A stretch of 64,000 nucleotides of DNA from an uncultured Gemmatimonadales bacterium (GCA_963816355.1 CAWFKH010000006.1:384001-448000), one strand, 5' to 3'. Numbered from the stretch's first letter, positions 9,682 to 19,613 are shown. Notes: generated by a model not told the origin, from the letters alone. Translations and numbers: made by a program.

Positions 9682-10842
9682 ATGCGCGTCCTGCACGTCG
9701 GCTGCGTGCTCGACCCGCAGAGGCGCTCGGGGGCCGCTCTGCTGGAGGCGTGGCCCACCCTGCTCGACGTGGCCCGCGCCGCCCGCGACGCCGGCGCCGA
9801 CGTCAGCGTGCTGCAGGCCGCGCACGCCGACGAGGTGCTCGAGCGCGACGGCATCCGCGTTCGCTTCGTCGCGGAGCACGCCGCGCTGCGCGCCGCCGCC
9901 GGTCGGACCGGCGCCCGCGTGCCCCCGATCCGGCTCGCGCGCGCCGCCGCCGCCGCCGCGCCGGACGTCGTCCACGTGAACGGCCTGGCGTTTCCCCTCC
10001 ACGCGCGCGCCATTGCCGCCGCGCTGCCGCGCGCCGCGCTGCTCGTGCAGGACCATGGCGACCGGCCGCCGCACCGTCGCCGCGCGCTGCACCGCTGGGG
10101 CCTCGCCGTGGCCGACGGCGCCGCGTTCGTTTCGCGCGAGCAGGCCGCGCCGTTCCTCGCGCAGAAGCTGCTGTCCGCCGATCTGCCGCTGTTCGAGATC
10201 GCCGAGTCATCCAGCCGCTTTCAGCCCGGCGACGCCGCCCAGGCGCGCCTCGCCACCGGCGTCCGCGGCGACCCCGCGGTGCTGTGGATCGGGCGCCTCG
10301 ACGCGGTGAAGGACCCGCTCGTCGCGCTCGACGCGTTCGCGCTGGCGGCCGAGCGGCTGCCCGATGCGCGGCTCTGGTGCTGCTTCACCGACGCGCCGCT
10401 GCTGGAGCGCGTGCGCTCGCGGGTCGCGAAGGACCCGCGGCTGGGCGAGCGTGTCCGCCTCCTCGGCCGCGTGCCGCACGAGCACGTCGAACAGCTCTGC
10501 CGCGCCTGCGACCTGCTGCTCCTGACCAGCCGCCGCGAAGGCTGCCCCTACGCCCTCCTCGAGGCGCTCGCGTGCGGCCTGCCCGCCGTGCTCTCCGACC
10601 TCCCGGCGCATCGCGCCCTCACGCACGGCGCCGACACGACCCCCACCCGCGCTGCCGACGTCGCCCTGACCCAGCCCGGCGATGCCGCCGCCGCCGCCGC
10701 CGCGATCGTCCGCCTCGCCGGCGGCCTGCGGGAGACGCGCCGCCGGCGCCTGCGCCGCCACTTCGAGCGAGACCTCTCCTTCGACGCGCTCGGCCGGCGC
10801 CTGCTGGCCTGCTACCGCACGCTGCTGCGACGGGCCGCGTGA
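9682..10842 (+). CDS. Glycosyltransferase family 4
   Basis: GRLDAVKD, EGCPYALLEALACG. Confidence 0.85.
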   Translation: MRVLHVGCVLDPQRRSGAALLEAWPTLLDVARAARDAGADVSVLQAAHADEVLERDGIRVRFVAEHAALRAAAGRTGARVPPIRLARAAAAAAPDVVHVNGLAFPLHARAIAAALPRAALLVQDHGDRPPHRRRALHRWGLAVADGAAFVSREQAAPFLAQKLLSADLPLFEIAESSSRFQPGDAAQARLATGVRGDPAVLWIGRLDAVKDPLVALDAFALAAERLPDARLWCCFTDAPLLERVRSRVAKDPRLGERVRLLGRVPHEHVEQLCRACDLLLLTSRREGCPYALLEALACGLPAVLSDLPAHRALTHGADTTPTRAADVALTQPGDAAAAAAAIVRLAGGLRETRRRRLRRHFERDLSFDALGRRLLACYRTLLRRAA

Positions 10843-12027
10843 AGATCGGCATGCTGGTGCCGGGCGGCGTGGACCGCGGCGGCACGCACCGCGTCATCCC
10901 GTGCCTGCTCTGGCTGATCGAACGGGTGGCCGCCGCCGGTCACGAGCTGCACGTCTACGCGCACCGGCAGGAGCGCGGGCCTGGCCGCTGGCCGCTCCTC
11001 GGGGCGTCGGTCCACGATGCCGGCCGCCCGCCGCGCCGCTTCCGCACACTCGTGGCGATCGCCGCCGAGCACCGCCGCGCCCCGTTCGACGTGCTGCACG
11101 CCATCTGGGCCGCCCCCGCCGGCCTCGTGGCGGCCGTCGCCGGCGCGGCGCTGCGCGTGCCGGTCCTGCTGCACATCACCGGCGGCGACCTCGTCGCGAT
11201 CCCGGAGATCGGGTACGGCGCGCGTCTCCGCCGCCGGGGGCGCCTGTGGGTGCGGCTCGCCGCCGCCGGCGCCGAGCCGCATCACGGTCCCCAGCGCGTA
11301 CGTGCTCGAGCAGGCCCGGCGGCTCGGAATCGACGCGGAGCGGCTCACTTTCGGCGTCGATCTCGACCGCTGGCCGCCGCTGCCGCCCCGGCCCCGTCCG
11401 CCGGGCCGTACCGCGCGCCTGCTCTTCGTGGGCAGCCTGAACCGCGTGAAGGACCCCTCCACGCTGCTGCGCGCCGCGGCCCGGCTGCGGCGCACCGGAC
11501 GCGCGTTCCGACTCGACATCGTCGGGGAGGACACGCTGGGCGGCGCGGTGCAGCGGGAGGCGCGCATCGCGGGTCTCGAGGATGCGGTCCACTTCCACGG
11601 CTTCCTGCCGCACGCCCGGCTGCGGCCGCTGATGGAGCGCGCCGACCTGCTCGTCGTCTCCTCCCGCCACGAGGCCGATCCGATCGCGCTGCTGGAGGCG
11701 GCAGTCGCGGGCGTACCGGCGGTCGGGACCGCCGTCGGCCACCTGGCGGAGTGGGCCCCCGACGCCGCGCTCGTCGCTCCGGTCGGGGACGCGGACGCGC
11801 TCGCCCGCGCCGTCGCCGCCCTCCTGGACGACGACGCGCGACGCGTTAGCGTGGCCGCTCGGGCGCAGGCGCGCGCCCTCGCCCTCGATGCGGACCGAAC
11901 CGCCCGCGAGGTGCTGAGCGCCTACGCGGCGCTCGCCTCTCGGAACCTCGGGGTGCCGAACACGGATTGGCGGCGCGTGGACCGAGAGAGGATCGAAAGA
12001 CCGCCGGACGCGCACGTCCGGCCCTGA
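10839..12027 (+). pseudogene. Glycosyltransferase family 4 interrupted by a +1 frameshift near 11277 (or a sequencing error)
   Basis: The N-half lies in the frame of ORF 9750..11849 (VKIGMLVPGG..RLAAAGAE). The C-half lies in the frame of ORF 11017..12027 (RITVPS..EADPIALLEAAVAG). Confidence 0.75.
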
Positions 12028-12044
12028 CCTGCCGAGGAGATACC

Positions 12045-13208
12045 ATGAACGAACGGCGCCCCCTGCGAAGCGAACCGAGACGTCGCCCGCTCAGACGACT
12101 GTTGCTCGCCGCCGCGGTGCTCGTCCCGCTCGCGGCGCCGCCGGAGGCCGTCGGCGCGCAGTCGGTGCTCGAGCGCACGCCCAACTTGGGCGGAACCTGG
12201 GTCGGCTCCCCTGGAACCGTGTACTTCACCTTCCTGCACCGCTTCACCGCCGGCGACGCGCCCGCTCGCAAGGTCGCCAACTCGCCGACCTTCCTGCTCG
12301 CCGCGGCGCTCCCCGGCGAGACGATGGTGGGCGCCCGCTACGCGACCAATTCCCTCGTCGTGGCCGGCTTCCCGAACGAATGGGAGTTCTTCGGGCGGGC
12401 CGCGCCGCTGCGCGAGCAGGCTGGGGCCCCGCTCGATCTCACGCTGCACGGCGGCTACAACGAAGCGTCGCGGAGCTGGGATGGCCAGATCACGCTCGCC
12501 CGCGATGTCGGGCCGCTGCGGCTGCTCGCCGCCGGCCGCGGCTTCTCCAACTTCCGGCGGCAGGACTCGCGCTTCGCCCTGGCCGGCGGCGCGACGCTGC
12601 ATCTGAGCCGCTTCATAGCCCTCGCGGGCGACGTCGCCTCCCTCGTCGACCGCGCGGCCGGTGAAAAGGTCGCCTGGGGCGCGGGCCTGCAGCTCGCGAT
12701 CCCGTACACGCCGCACACGCTCAGCCTGCAGGTGTCCAACGCGACGACGACGACCCTGGAGGGCGCCTCATTCGGCATCCCGAACGGCCGCCGCTACGGC
12801 TTCGAGTTCACCGTTCCGTTCACGCTGTCCCGCTATTTCGGCGGTCGCTCCGCCAGCGGCGGCGAGGTCGCGCAGGCGCCCGCGGCGGGACCGGAGGGAG
12901 ATGCCGCGGCCGAGGTCACGATGTCGAACAAGCTGCGCTTCTCGCCCGGCACCGTCCACATCAAGGTCGGCCAGACCGTCCGGTGGCGGAACCAGTCGGA
13001 CGTGGTCCACACCGTGACGTTCGACCCGTCGCTCGCCGCGAAGAAGGGGGACGTCCGTCTTCCCGACGGCGCCGAGACCTTCAACTCCGGCGACATCAAG
13101 CCGGGCGCCGTCTTCACGCACACCTTCGATGTGCCCGGCGAGTACCACTACATCTGCGTTCCGCACGAGCTCGCCGGAATGCTCGCCGTCGTCATCGTCG
13201 AGAAATGA
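12045..13208 (+). CDS. Exported putative beta-barrel (DUF5777-like) fused to a C-terminal type-1 copper cupredoxin
   Basis: SD GAGGAG, signal peptide, F.F.HRF and amphipathic beta strands. C-terminal H..YICVPHELAGM copper site. Confidence 0.75.
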   Translation: MNERRPLRSEPRRRPLRRLLLAAAVLVPLAAPPEAVGAQSVLERTPNLGGTWVGSPGTVYFTFLHRFTAGDAPARKVANSPTFLLAAALPGETMVGARYATNSLVVAGFPNEWEFFGRAAPLREQAGAPLDLTLHGGYNEASRSWDGQITLARDVGPLRLLAAGRGFSNFRRQDSRFALAGGATLHLSRFIALAGDVASLVDRAAGEKVAWGAGLQLAIPYTPHTLSLQVSNATTTTLEGASFGIPNGRRYGFEFTVPFTLSRYFGGRSASGGEVAQAPAAGPEGDAAAEVTMSNKLRFSPGTVHIKVGQTVRWRNQSDVVHTVTFDPSLAAKKGDVRLPDGAETFNSGDIKPGAVFTHTFDVPGEYHYICVPHELAGMLAVVIVEK

Positions 13209-13218
13209 GGAGGATCGC

Positions 13219-13623
13219 ATGCATATCACGCGCAGCGCCTTCGTCCTGGCGCTCACGCTGGCGAGTGCGGGCTGCTTCTCGAGCGACCCGACCAACGGTC
13301 CGAACGACAACGGACCCGTCGCCGCCACCGTCCAGATGACCGATCAGCTCCGCTTCAGCCCGGCGTCGGTGACGATCCACGTCGGGGAGAGCGTTCGCTG
13401 GGACAACGTGTCGCAGTTCACGCACACCGTGACCGCCGATCCCGCCAAGGCCGCCGACCCCGCGCACGTCAGCCTGCCGGCGGGCGCCCAGACGTTCGAT
13501 TCCGGCGGCATCACGCCCGGTACGCAGTTCGAAAAGACGTTCACCGTACCGGGCACCTACCACTACTTCTGCCAGCCCCACGAGGCGCTCGGCATGCTCG
13601 GCACGGTCACCGTCTTGCAGTGA
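13219..13623 (+). CDS. Plastocyanin/halocyanin-like cupredoxin lipoprotein
   Basis: Lipobox-like ASAGC, HTVT, YFCQPHEALGM. SD GAGGAGG. Confidence 0.85.
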   Translation: MHITRSAFVLALTLASAGCFSSDPTNGPNDNGPVAATVQMTDQLRFSPASVTIHVGESVRWDNVSQFTHTVTADPAKAADPAHVSLPAGAQTFDSGGITPGTQFEKTFTVPGTYHYFCQPHEALGMLGTVTVLQ

Positions 13624-14666
13624 CTTCTGTGCCCCGCGCCGCGGCGCTGCGGCTCGCCGTGCTCGCCCTCGCTGGAGGCTGCTGCTGCCGCGGCGGCGCG
13701 CCCGCGGCACCCGCGCCGACCGGCTCGGCGACGGCCGGCCTGGTCGTTCCGCCTCCCGCCGCCGTGCGCGCGCAGGCGGCCGCGCCGGTGCACGCCCACT
13801 TCCGCAACGTCCACTTCCGCTTCGCGCCGCAGATCGCCCTCGAGATCGAGGACCTCGAGGGCGTGCTCACGCCGAAGATCGACGGCGCCGCCGTCGTCCT
13901 CGACGACGACACGTCGTTCGTGCTGCAGATTCAGCGCGGCCGCACCGCATTGACCGCCGGCAACCTCACCCGCCTGCTCAACGAGTGGGTCTTCGCCTAC
14001 CCGGGCGCACCGCTGCGCAACCTGAGCGTCACCTTCCGTGACGGCCGCCTCCGGCAGTCCGGGATCCTGCACAAGGGCGTCGACATCCCCTTCCAGATGG
14101 AGGCGTCCGTCGCCGTCACGCCCGCCGGCGAGATCCGCCTGCACCCGACATCGATGAAGATCTGCAGCATTCCCGGGAAGGGGCTGATGGACGCCCTCGG
14201 CATCCATCTCTCCGATCTCCTTGACCTTCGGCGCGCCCACGGCGTCCGCGTGGCCGGCGACGACCTCTACTTCGACCCGACCGCGATCCTCCCGCCGCCG
14301 GCCATCGACGGCCACCTCGTCGCCGTCGCGGTGCTCGATTCGGCGCTCGTCCAGACGTGGCGCACCGGGACCGGCGCCGATTCAACAGCCGCTCTCGGCG
14401 CGGCGGCCCCGCCACTTCCCGACGCGCCCAACTTCATGTACTTCCGCGGTGGCGTGCTGCGCTTCGGCAAGCTGTTCATGGTCGCCACGGACATGCAGGT
14501 CGTCGACGCCGATGCCGCCGACCCCTTCGACTTCTTCCTCGATCGCTACGTCGTGCAGCTCGCCGCGGGCCGCACCGAGAACCTGCCCGACTTCGGCCTC
14601 CTCGTGCACATGCCCGACTACGACGATACACCGGCACTCGCGGCGTCGCGGAAGACGGGGAAGTGA
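13620..14666 (+). CDS. Exported beta-rich hypothetical protein (possible lipoprotein)
   Basis: Signal peptide ending LAGGCCC, protein-like composition, translationally coupled to the cupredoxin. Confidence 0.7.
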   Translation: MTSVPRAAALRLAVLALAGGCCCRGGAPAAPAPTGSATAGLVVPPPAAVRAQAAAPVHAHFRNVHFRFAPQIALEIEDLEGVLTPKIDGAAVVLDDDTSFVLQIQRGRTALTAGNLTRLLNEWVFAYPGAPLRNLSVTFRDGRLRQSGILHKGVDIPFQMEASVAVTPAGEIRLHPTSMKICSIPGKGLMDALGIHLSDLLDLRRAHGVRVAGDDLYFDPTAILPPPAIDGHLVAVAVLDSALVQTWRTGTGADSTAALGAAAPPLPDAPNFMYFRGGVLRFGKLFMVATDMQVVDADAADPFDFFLDRYVVQLAAGRTENLPDFGLLVHMPDYDDTPALAASRKTGK

Positions 14667-14767
14667 GCGCGCGCGTGGTGTGGATCGACCTTCGGCGCTA
14701 TTCTGGACCTCGGGACGGGAACCGCGTTCTCCGGTCCCACACGTCCGACGTGGATGACGAGAGCCCC

Positions 14768-15049
14768 ATGAGCGAAGACGATCTGCTCTGCCGCGACGTG
14801 ATCGAGCGGCTGCCGGACTACCTCGATGGGGAGCTCCAGCCCGAGATCCGCGACGCCGTCGCTGCCCACCTCCGATCGTGTGCGCGCTGCCGTGCGTCCG
14901 CACGCTTTCAGGGGGAACTCGTCGAAACGCTGCACCGGACCCGCTCGCCGGCGGCACCGGGCGAGCTGCGGCGGCGCATCGTCGAAGCGCTGCTCGACGA
15001 AGATCGCCGCCAGGAGGGAGAAGGGGGCGACGCCTCGCCGCCGCAGTAG
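14768..15049 (+). CDS. Zinc-finger (zf-HC2) anti-sigma factor
   Basis: C.D....L.DYLDGEL......AHLRSCARC (HxxxCxxC). Confidence 0.85.
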   Translation: MSEDDLLCRDVIERLPDYLDGELQPEIRDAVAAHLRSCARCRASARFQGELVETLHRTRSPAAPGELRRRIVEALLDEDRRQEGEGGDASPPQ

Positions 15050-15066
15050 GTGTGCGCGCTACGCCC

Positions 15067-15684
15067 TCAGGCGAGGCGCCGCGCGCCCACGCTCATGTGT
15101 CCCACCTCGACCGCGTAGTCGAAGAGCGCCTCCGCGAGGATCCTCCGCCCGCGGTGCAGGCGACTCTTGACCGTCCCCCGCGGGATCTCCAGGACGTCCG
15201 CGATCTCCGCGTAGGAGAAGTCGTGCAGGTCCTTCAGGACGACGGCGTCCCGGAACTCGTCGGGCAGCGCGTCGACGGCGCGCAGCACCTCGTCGTCGAT
15301 GATCGAGTCGAAGAACTCCTTTTCCGCCTCCCACGGCCCCGGTGTGGCGTCGTCCAGGAGCGGCGCCAGCGACTCGACGCCGCCTTCGAGTCGCAGGTCG
15401 GTCGCCGTGACCTCGTGCCGGTGCGAGCGCGTTTCCTTCTTCCGTAGAACGACGTTCCTGCAGATCGTGAAGAGCCACGAGAGCACCTTCGTCCCCCGCG
15501 TATAGGTGCCCCACCCCCGATAGGCCCGGAGAAAGGCCTCCTGCGTCGCGTCCGCGGCCTCGGCCTCGTTACCGCTGCACAGCCGCAGCGCGAAGCGATA
15601 GACCGCGTCGAGACACGGCAGCGCCTCCTCCTCGAATCCGGGCTTGCCGAGCCTCCGCTCCATGCCATTCTCCGGGCCGCTCAT
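15067..15684 (-). CDS. ECF sigma factor (SigH/SigR-like)
   Basis: FEEEALPCLDAVYRFALRL, DATQEAFLRAY, SWLFTI, SYAEIADVLEIPRGTVKSRLHRGR. Confidence 0.92.
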   Translation of the reverse strand: MSGPENGMERRLGKPGFEEEALPCLDAVYRFALRLCSGNEAEAADATQEAFLRAYRGWGTYTRGTKVLSWLFTICRNVVLRKKETRSHRHEVTATDLRLEGGVESLAPLLDDATPGPWEAEKEFFDSIIDDEVLRAVDALPDEFRDAVVLKDLHDFSYAEIADVLEIPRGTVKSRLHRGRRILAEALFDYAVEVGHMSVGARRLA

Positions 15685-15694
15685 CAGGGTTTCC

Positions 15695-16711
15695 TCACTC
15701 CTGAATTGACCGATTCGTCCGGGACGCGAGCTGCGCCCGGATCTGCCGACCCCACTCGACCGCCCGGAGCTCCACGAAGATCTGCTCCGCGTCGCGCCGC
15801 AGGGCGTCGCCCGCGCCGTCCTCCTCCCCCGCGTCCGCGAGCGCGCCCCGCGCCTCCAGCGCTTCTGCCTCCAACAGCCGCAGGTGCCGCCGCCTCGCGA
15901 TCGACAGCGCTTCGTCCAGATAGCCGCGTGCGTCCTCCAGCCGCTGGTCCCACAGTGCCACGATGCCCAGCACGCGAAGCGCATCCCCCTGACCCGCCGG
16001 CTCACCCAGCGTGCGGAAGCGACGCAGCGAGCGCTCCGCCGTCACCGCCGCCAGGCGGCCGTCGCCCCGCATCGCTTTCAGCAGCGCCCACTCCTGTTCG
16101 ACCCGTCCCGCCTCGTCCTCGCTGCCGTCCGCGCGCGCGTACTCCAGCGCCTGCCGGAACGCGGCATCCGCTTCGTCCGGAAAGCCCATCTCCCGGTAGC
16201 TGATCGCGAGGTTGTTGTGCGCCTGCGCGAGGCCACGGACGTGGCCCAGGCGCTGATACGAGATGATCGCCCGCTCGTGGCTCGCGAGCGCCGCCTGCAA
16301 CTGACCCGTCAACGTCTGGATGATGCCGAGATTCTGGTTCGCCCGCGCCACGAACTCCTCGTCACCCGCCCGACTCGCCGCGTCCAGCAGCCGGCCCCAC
16401 TCCGCCTCCGCCCCCTCCACATCGCCCAGCTCGAAGAGCAGGATGCCTTCCAGGTTCGACCGACTCCGGAACAACTGGTCGTTGCCCCGCCGCAGACACA
16501 CCGGCGCCAGCTCCCGCACCAGCGCTAGCGCCCGCTCGCGCTCGCCCCGTCGCCGCAACGCCTCCGCCAGCAGGAAGCCCAGCTCCGGCTCCTCCAGCAG
16601 CGACTCCCGCGTCACGCACGAGAGCAGCGACGCCAGCCCCGGATAGTCGCGCGACGCCTGCAGCGCGCGCGCCTGCCGAAGCAGCGAGCCGAGTGCCCGG
16701 GTCTCCGACAT
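15695..16711 (-). CDS. Tetratricopeptide repeat protein
   Basis: Repeated ARA..NLG / AQA.NNLA helical motifs. ATG 16711. Confidence 0.85.
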   Translation of the reverse strand: MSETRALGSLLRQARALQASRDYPGLASLLSCVTRESLLEEPELGFLLAEALRRRGERERALALVRELAPVCLRRGNDQLFRSRSNLEGILLFELGDVEGAEAEWGRLLDAASRAGDEEFVARANQNLGIIQTLTGQLQAALASHERAIISYQRLGHVRGLAQAHNNLAISYREMGFPDEADAAFRQALEYARADGSEDEAGRVEQEWALLKAMRGDGRLAAVTAERSLRRFRTLGEPAGQGDALRVLGIVALWDQRLEDARGYLDEALSIARRRHLRLLEAEALEARGALADAGEEDGAGDALRRDAEQIFVELRAVEWGRQIRAQLASRTNRSIQE

Positions 16712-16722
16712 TCCGCCTTCGC

Positions 16723-17334
16723 TCAGCTCGCCACCGAGAAACCCGTGAACCCCGGCAGCGCCGACTCCAGCTCGTAGCCGTCCGCAGACCGCGTCGTCGG
16801 CAGCAGCGACCACGGATCCGTGTCGCTCTCCCGCTTCCAGATCCGCATCTGATACCACAGCTGCTCGTCCGTCGCGTCCACCCGGCCGTCTCCGTTCAGG
16901 TCCGCCGCCGCGTGCGTGCACCACATGTGCAGCACCGCCGGAGAACCCGCATCGAACACCAGGCCCGACGGCGCGAACTCGAACACCATCCGTTGAGCGT
17001 CCGGGTGAATCGTGATCTGCACCGAGTCACCCTCCTCGTACAGGATCCCGTTCGGTCGCCGGTACAGCGACTCCGCCGACAGCCGGAACTCCACCAGACG
17101 ATCTCCCGCCTGGCCGGCCTGCGTCGAGCGGAACCGCAGCGTCACCGTCTTCGCCTCGCCCTTCACCGCCCAGAAACTCGTGTCTCCAGGGACCAGCGGG
17201 ACGTACGATGCATCCAGGGGCGCCACCACCGGCGAGCCCGGCACCTGCGTCCCCGGCCGCTCCGGAGCATCCGGTCCCGTCAGCGGCTGGCAGGCGGCCG
17301 CGAGGCCGATCAGTAACGGCAAACAGCGTCGCAT
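16723..17334 (-). CDS. Hypothetical lipoprotein with an EF-hand/dockerin-like Ca-binding loop
   Basis: MRRCLPLLIGLAAAC lipobox, FAPSGLVF segment, DLNGDGRVDATD loop. Confidence 0.75.
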   Translation of the reverse strand: MRRCLPLLIGLAAACQPLTGPDAPERPGTQVPGSPVVAPLDASYVPLVPGDTSFWAVKGEAKTVTLRFRSTQAGQAGDRLVEFRLSAESLYRRPNGILYEEGDSVQITIHPDAQRMVFEFAPSGLVFDAGSPAVLHMWCTHAAADLNGDGRVDATDEQLWYQMRIWKRESDTDPWSLLPTTRSADGYELESALPGFTGFSVAS

Positions 17335-17372
17335 GGGTCTGCTCCGATAGAGGTTCATCGCCCCGCAAGGGC

Positions 17373-17389
17373 GGCAACGCTCGTGCCTT
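17373..17389 (-). promoter_or_regulatory. Sigma-54 (-24/-12) promoter for the lipoprotein-TPR-ECF operon
   Basis: Minus strand AGGCACGAGCGTTGCC, exact GG-N10-GC spacing. Confidence 0.7.
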
Positions 17390-17392
17390 TCC

Positions 17393-17419
17393 GTAACATA
17401 TTGTATCACAACGAGTTAC
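17393..17419. promoter_or_regulatory. AT-rich imperfect palindrome, possible IHF-type bending site
   Basis: GTAAC..TTGT-ATC-ACAA..GTTAC, lying between the sigma-54 promoter and the enhancer-like sites. Confidence 0.45.
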
Positions 17420-17432
17420 CGGGAAATCCCCG

Positions 17433-17468
17433 TGACCCGCAGCGGGACATGTGTAGCGCAACGCTACA
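17433..17468. promoter_or_regulatory. Tandem enhancer-like palindromes (TGT-N11-ACA type)
   Basis: TGACCCGCAGCGGGACA (17433-17449) and TGTAGCGCAACGCTACA (17452-17468). Confidence 0.55.
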
Positions 17469-18897
17469 CGGGGCGGTCGAGCAGGCGGTAGAGGCGGGAG
17501 CGGCTGATGCCGAGCGCATCGGCGGCCGCGCGCTTGTTGCCGCCGAGGTGTTCGAGCATGGCGCGGGCGGCGGCGGCCTCGATGCGGTCGAGGCTGGCGG
17601 GGAAGGGGAGGGCGGCGTCGGCGGAGAGGGATTCGGCGGTCGGCACACCCTCGAGGAAGAGATCGTCGGTGTGGAGCTCGCCGTCGCCGAGCAGGACGGC
17701 GCGCTCGATGGCATTGCGCAGCTCGCGGACGTTGCCGGGCCAGGTGTGGGAGAGGAGCGTGGCGCGGATGGCGGCAGTGAGGTCGGGGCGAGGGGCGTCG
17801 TATTCCTGGCTGAAGCGGTCGAGGAAGTACTCCGTGAGAAGGAGAATGTCGCCGTCGCGGTCGCGCAGGGGCGGGAGGTGGATCGGCAGGACGGCGAGGC
17901 GGAAGTAGAGGTCTTCGCGGAAGCGACCGTGGCGCACGGCGGCGGCGAGGTCGACGTGGGTGGCGGCGACGATGCGTACGTCGATGGTGCGGGAGCGGAG
18001 GCTGCCGAGGCGGCGGACGTTGCGATCCTCGAGGACCTTGAGGAGCTTGGCCTGGATGTCGACCGGCAGGTCGCCGATCTCGTCGAGGAAGAGGGTGCCG
18101 CCGTCGGCGGCTTCGAAGAGGCCGGGCTTGGGTGCGCGGGCGTCGGTGAAGGCGCCTTTCTCGTAGCCGAACAGTTCGGCTTCCAGCAGCGTCGGTGGAA
18201 GGGCGGTGCAGTTGATCTCCACGAACGGGTGTGGAGCGCGAGGTCCGTTGTAGTGGATCGCCTGGGCCAGGAGCTCCTTGCCGGTCCCGGTCTCGCCGGT
18301 GATGAGGATCGTCGCTCCGCCCCTCGGGATGACGCGCGCGGCCCGTTCGAGCGCTCTGCGCAGCCCCTCGCTCGAACCGATGAGCCGCGAGAAGTCGTAG
18401 CGCGTGCGTTCCCGCGTCGCGAGCGCCGCCGCCCTCTCACGGCCCTGCGCCCGCTGCGCCCGCTCCACGACCCAGGAGCGCAACGCCTCCAGGTCCGGCG
18501 GAAGCGCGAAGTAGTTCGAGGCGCCCGCCTGCACGGCGGCGACCGCCGGCCGATGATGCTCCGCCGCCCCCACGACCACCACCTCGCCCGCGCCGTGCGC
18601 GCGAGCCTCGTCGACCGCCTCCGCCGCGTTCGCCTCGTCGCCCGCCAGCGCGACGATCGTCCCGCACGGCTCCCCCGCCGTCGTGAGATCCGCCGCGCGG
18701 TCCACGACGTCGAGGCGGACCCCGGCCGACTCGGACAGCTCCGGCCACACGCGCGCGAATGCATCCGTCCGCGCGACAACCCTCAGGACGACATCTCCCG
18801 GCAGGGATCCCTCGCTCTCTTCCTCGAGTCCCGCCGCGGTGCCGATGCCGCGGGCGGCGGTCGCGGATCGCCGCGTGCTTCGAGAACGCTTCGACAC
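17464..18897 (-). CDS. Sigma-54-dependent transcriptional activator (degenerate REC - AAA+ - HTH_8)
   Basis: [47 protein letters not shown]-terminal Fis HTH. Start uncertain. Confidence 0.9.
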   Translation of the reverse strand: MSKRSRSTRRSATAARGIGTAAGLEEESEGSLPGDVVLRVVARTDAFARVWPELSESAGVRLDVVDRAADLTTAGEPCGTIVALAGDEANAAEAVDEARAHGAGEVVVVGAAEHHRPAVAAVQAGASNYFALPPDLEALRSWVVERAQRAQGRERAAALATRERTRYDFSRLIGSSEGLRRALERAARVIPRGGATILITGETGTGKELLAQAIHYNGPRAPHPFVEINCTALPPTLLEAELFGYEKGAFTDARAPKPGLFEAADGGTLFLDEIGDLPVDIQAKLLKVLEDRNVRRLGSLRSRTIDVRIVAATHVDLAAAVRHGRFREDLYFRLAVLPIHLPPLRDRDGDILLLTEYFLDRFSQEYDAPRPDLTAAIRATLLSHTWPGNVRELRNAIERAVLLGDGELHTDDLFLEGVPTAESLSADAALPFPASLDRIEAAAARAMLEHLGGNKRAAADALGISRSRLYRLLDRPV

Positions 18898-18957
18898 CGC
18901 GTGCCCTGACGCGGTTCCGCGGGCGCCGCCGGCGTTTCTGCCGAAGGCGCGACCGTG

Positions 18958-18974
18958 TGTCTCGATACGAGACA
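18958..18974. promoter_or_regulatory. Perfect palindrome upstream of the activator gene, possible autoregulatory site
   Basis: TGTCTCG-ATA-CGAGACA, same TGT-N11-ACA form as the 17452 site. Confidence 0.5.
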
Positions 18975-19082
18975 GAAGATAACGCGGCGAAAGCGCGGAC
19001 GGGAGAAGGGCGGAGGAAGCGGCGGCGGCGGCGGTGGCGGGACCTGCCGGCGGAGGCGGGTGGTGCGCGTCGGGAGAGGGCG

Positions 19083-19400
19083 TCAGGGCTCGTGCAGGCG
19101 GCTCATCCTCGAGTGGTGGGGCAGGACGTCGTCGTGGGCACGCCGCCGGACGCTGTCGTGGGCGTCGCCCCCGGTATCGAAGGGGACGAACCCGTCGTCG
19201 CATGGCATCGGAAAGGCGAGGTCGGAGCCGCAGAAGGAGATGCGGGCGACGATTCGGTTGAAGAGCAGCCCGTAGTCGAGGTGCGCCATGCGGGCGATGG
19301 GGCAAAGGGGCGCCGGCCCGCGCTCCTGGGCGGCGTCCGGCCGTGCCGTGGCGTGGGTGACGATGCGGGCCTCCGCGTGGTGCGGGTTGTTCTCGGGCAC
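19083..19400 (-). CDS. Small hypothetical protein (start GTG 19400 or ATG 19289)
   Basis: Codon third positions are almost all G/C in this frame. Protein-like core [31 protein letters not shown]. Confidence 0.55.
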   Translation of the reverse strand: MPENNPHHAEARIVTHATARPDAAQERGPAPLCPIARMAHLDYGLLFNRIVARISFCGSDLAFPMPCDDGFVPFDTGGDAHDSVRRRAHDDVLPHHSRMSRLHEP

Positions 19401-19613
19401 ACGACGCAAATCGTGGACGGGGAGGTGGGGTTCCCGCAGGGCGGAGTGGCCGCCTCGGCCCACGCGGCGGTGCGGGGCCCGGTTCAGAACCGGGGCGGGG
19501 GCGTGTGCGGACGTGAGACGGCGGGTCCCGAGGCCGGTCAATCGGCGGCCGGCGCGCCGCATGGCAAACGCACTCAGCTATCGTTGCGACAACGCTTTGT
19601 GACACCGTTGCGA

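Noticed and set aside
14718..14745. ECF-type promoter GGAAC..CGTC before the anti-sigma gene
   Set aside because: The 19-nt spacing is longer than typical, so it cannot be supported.
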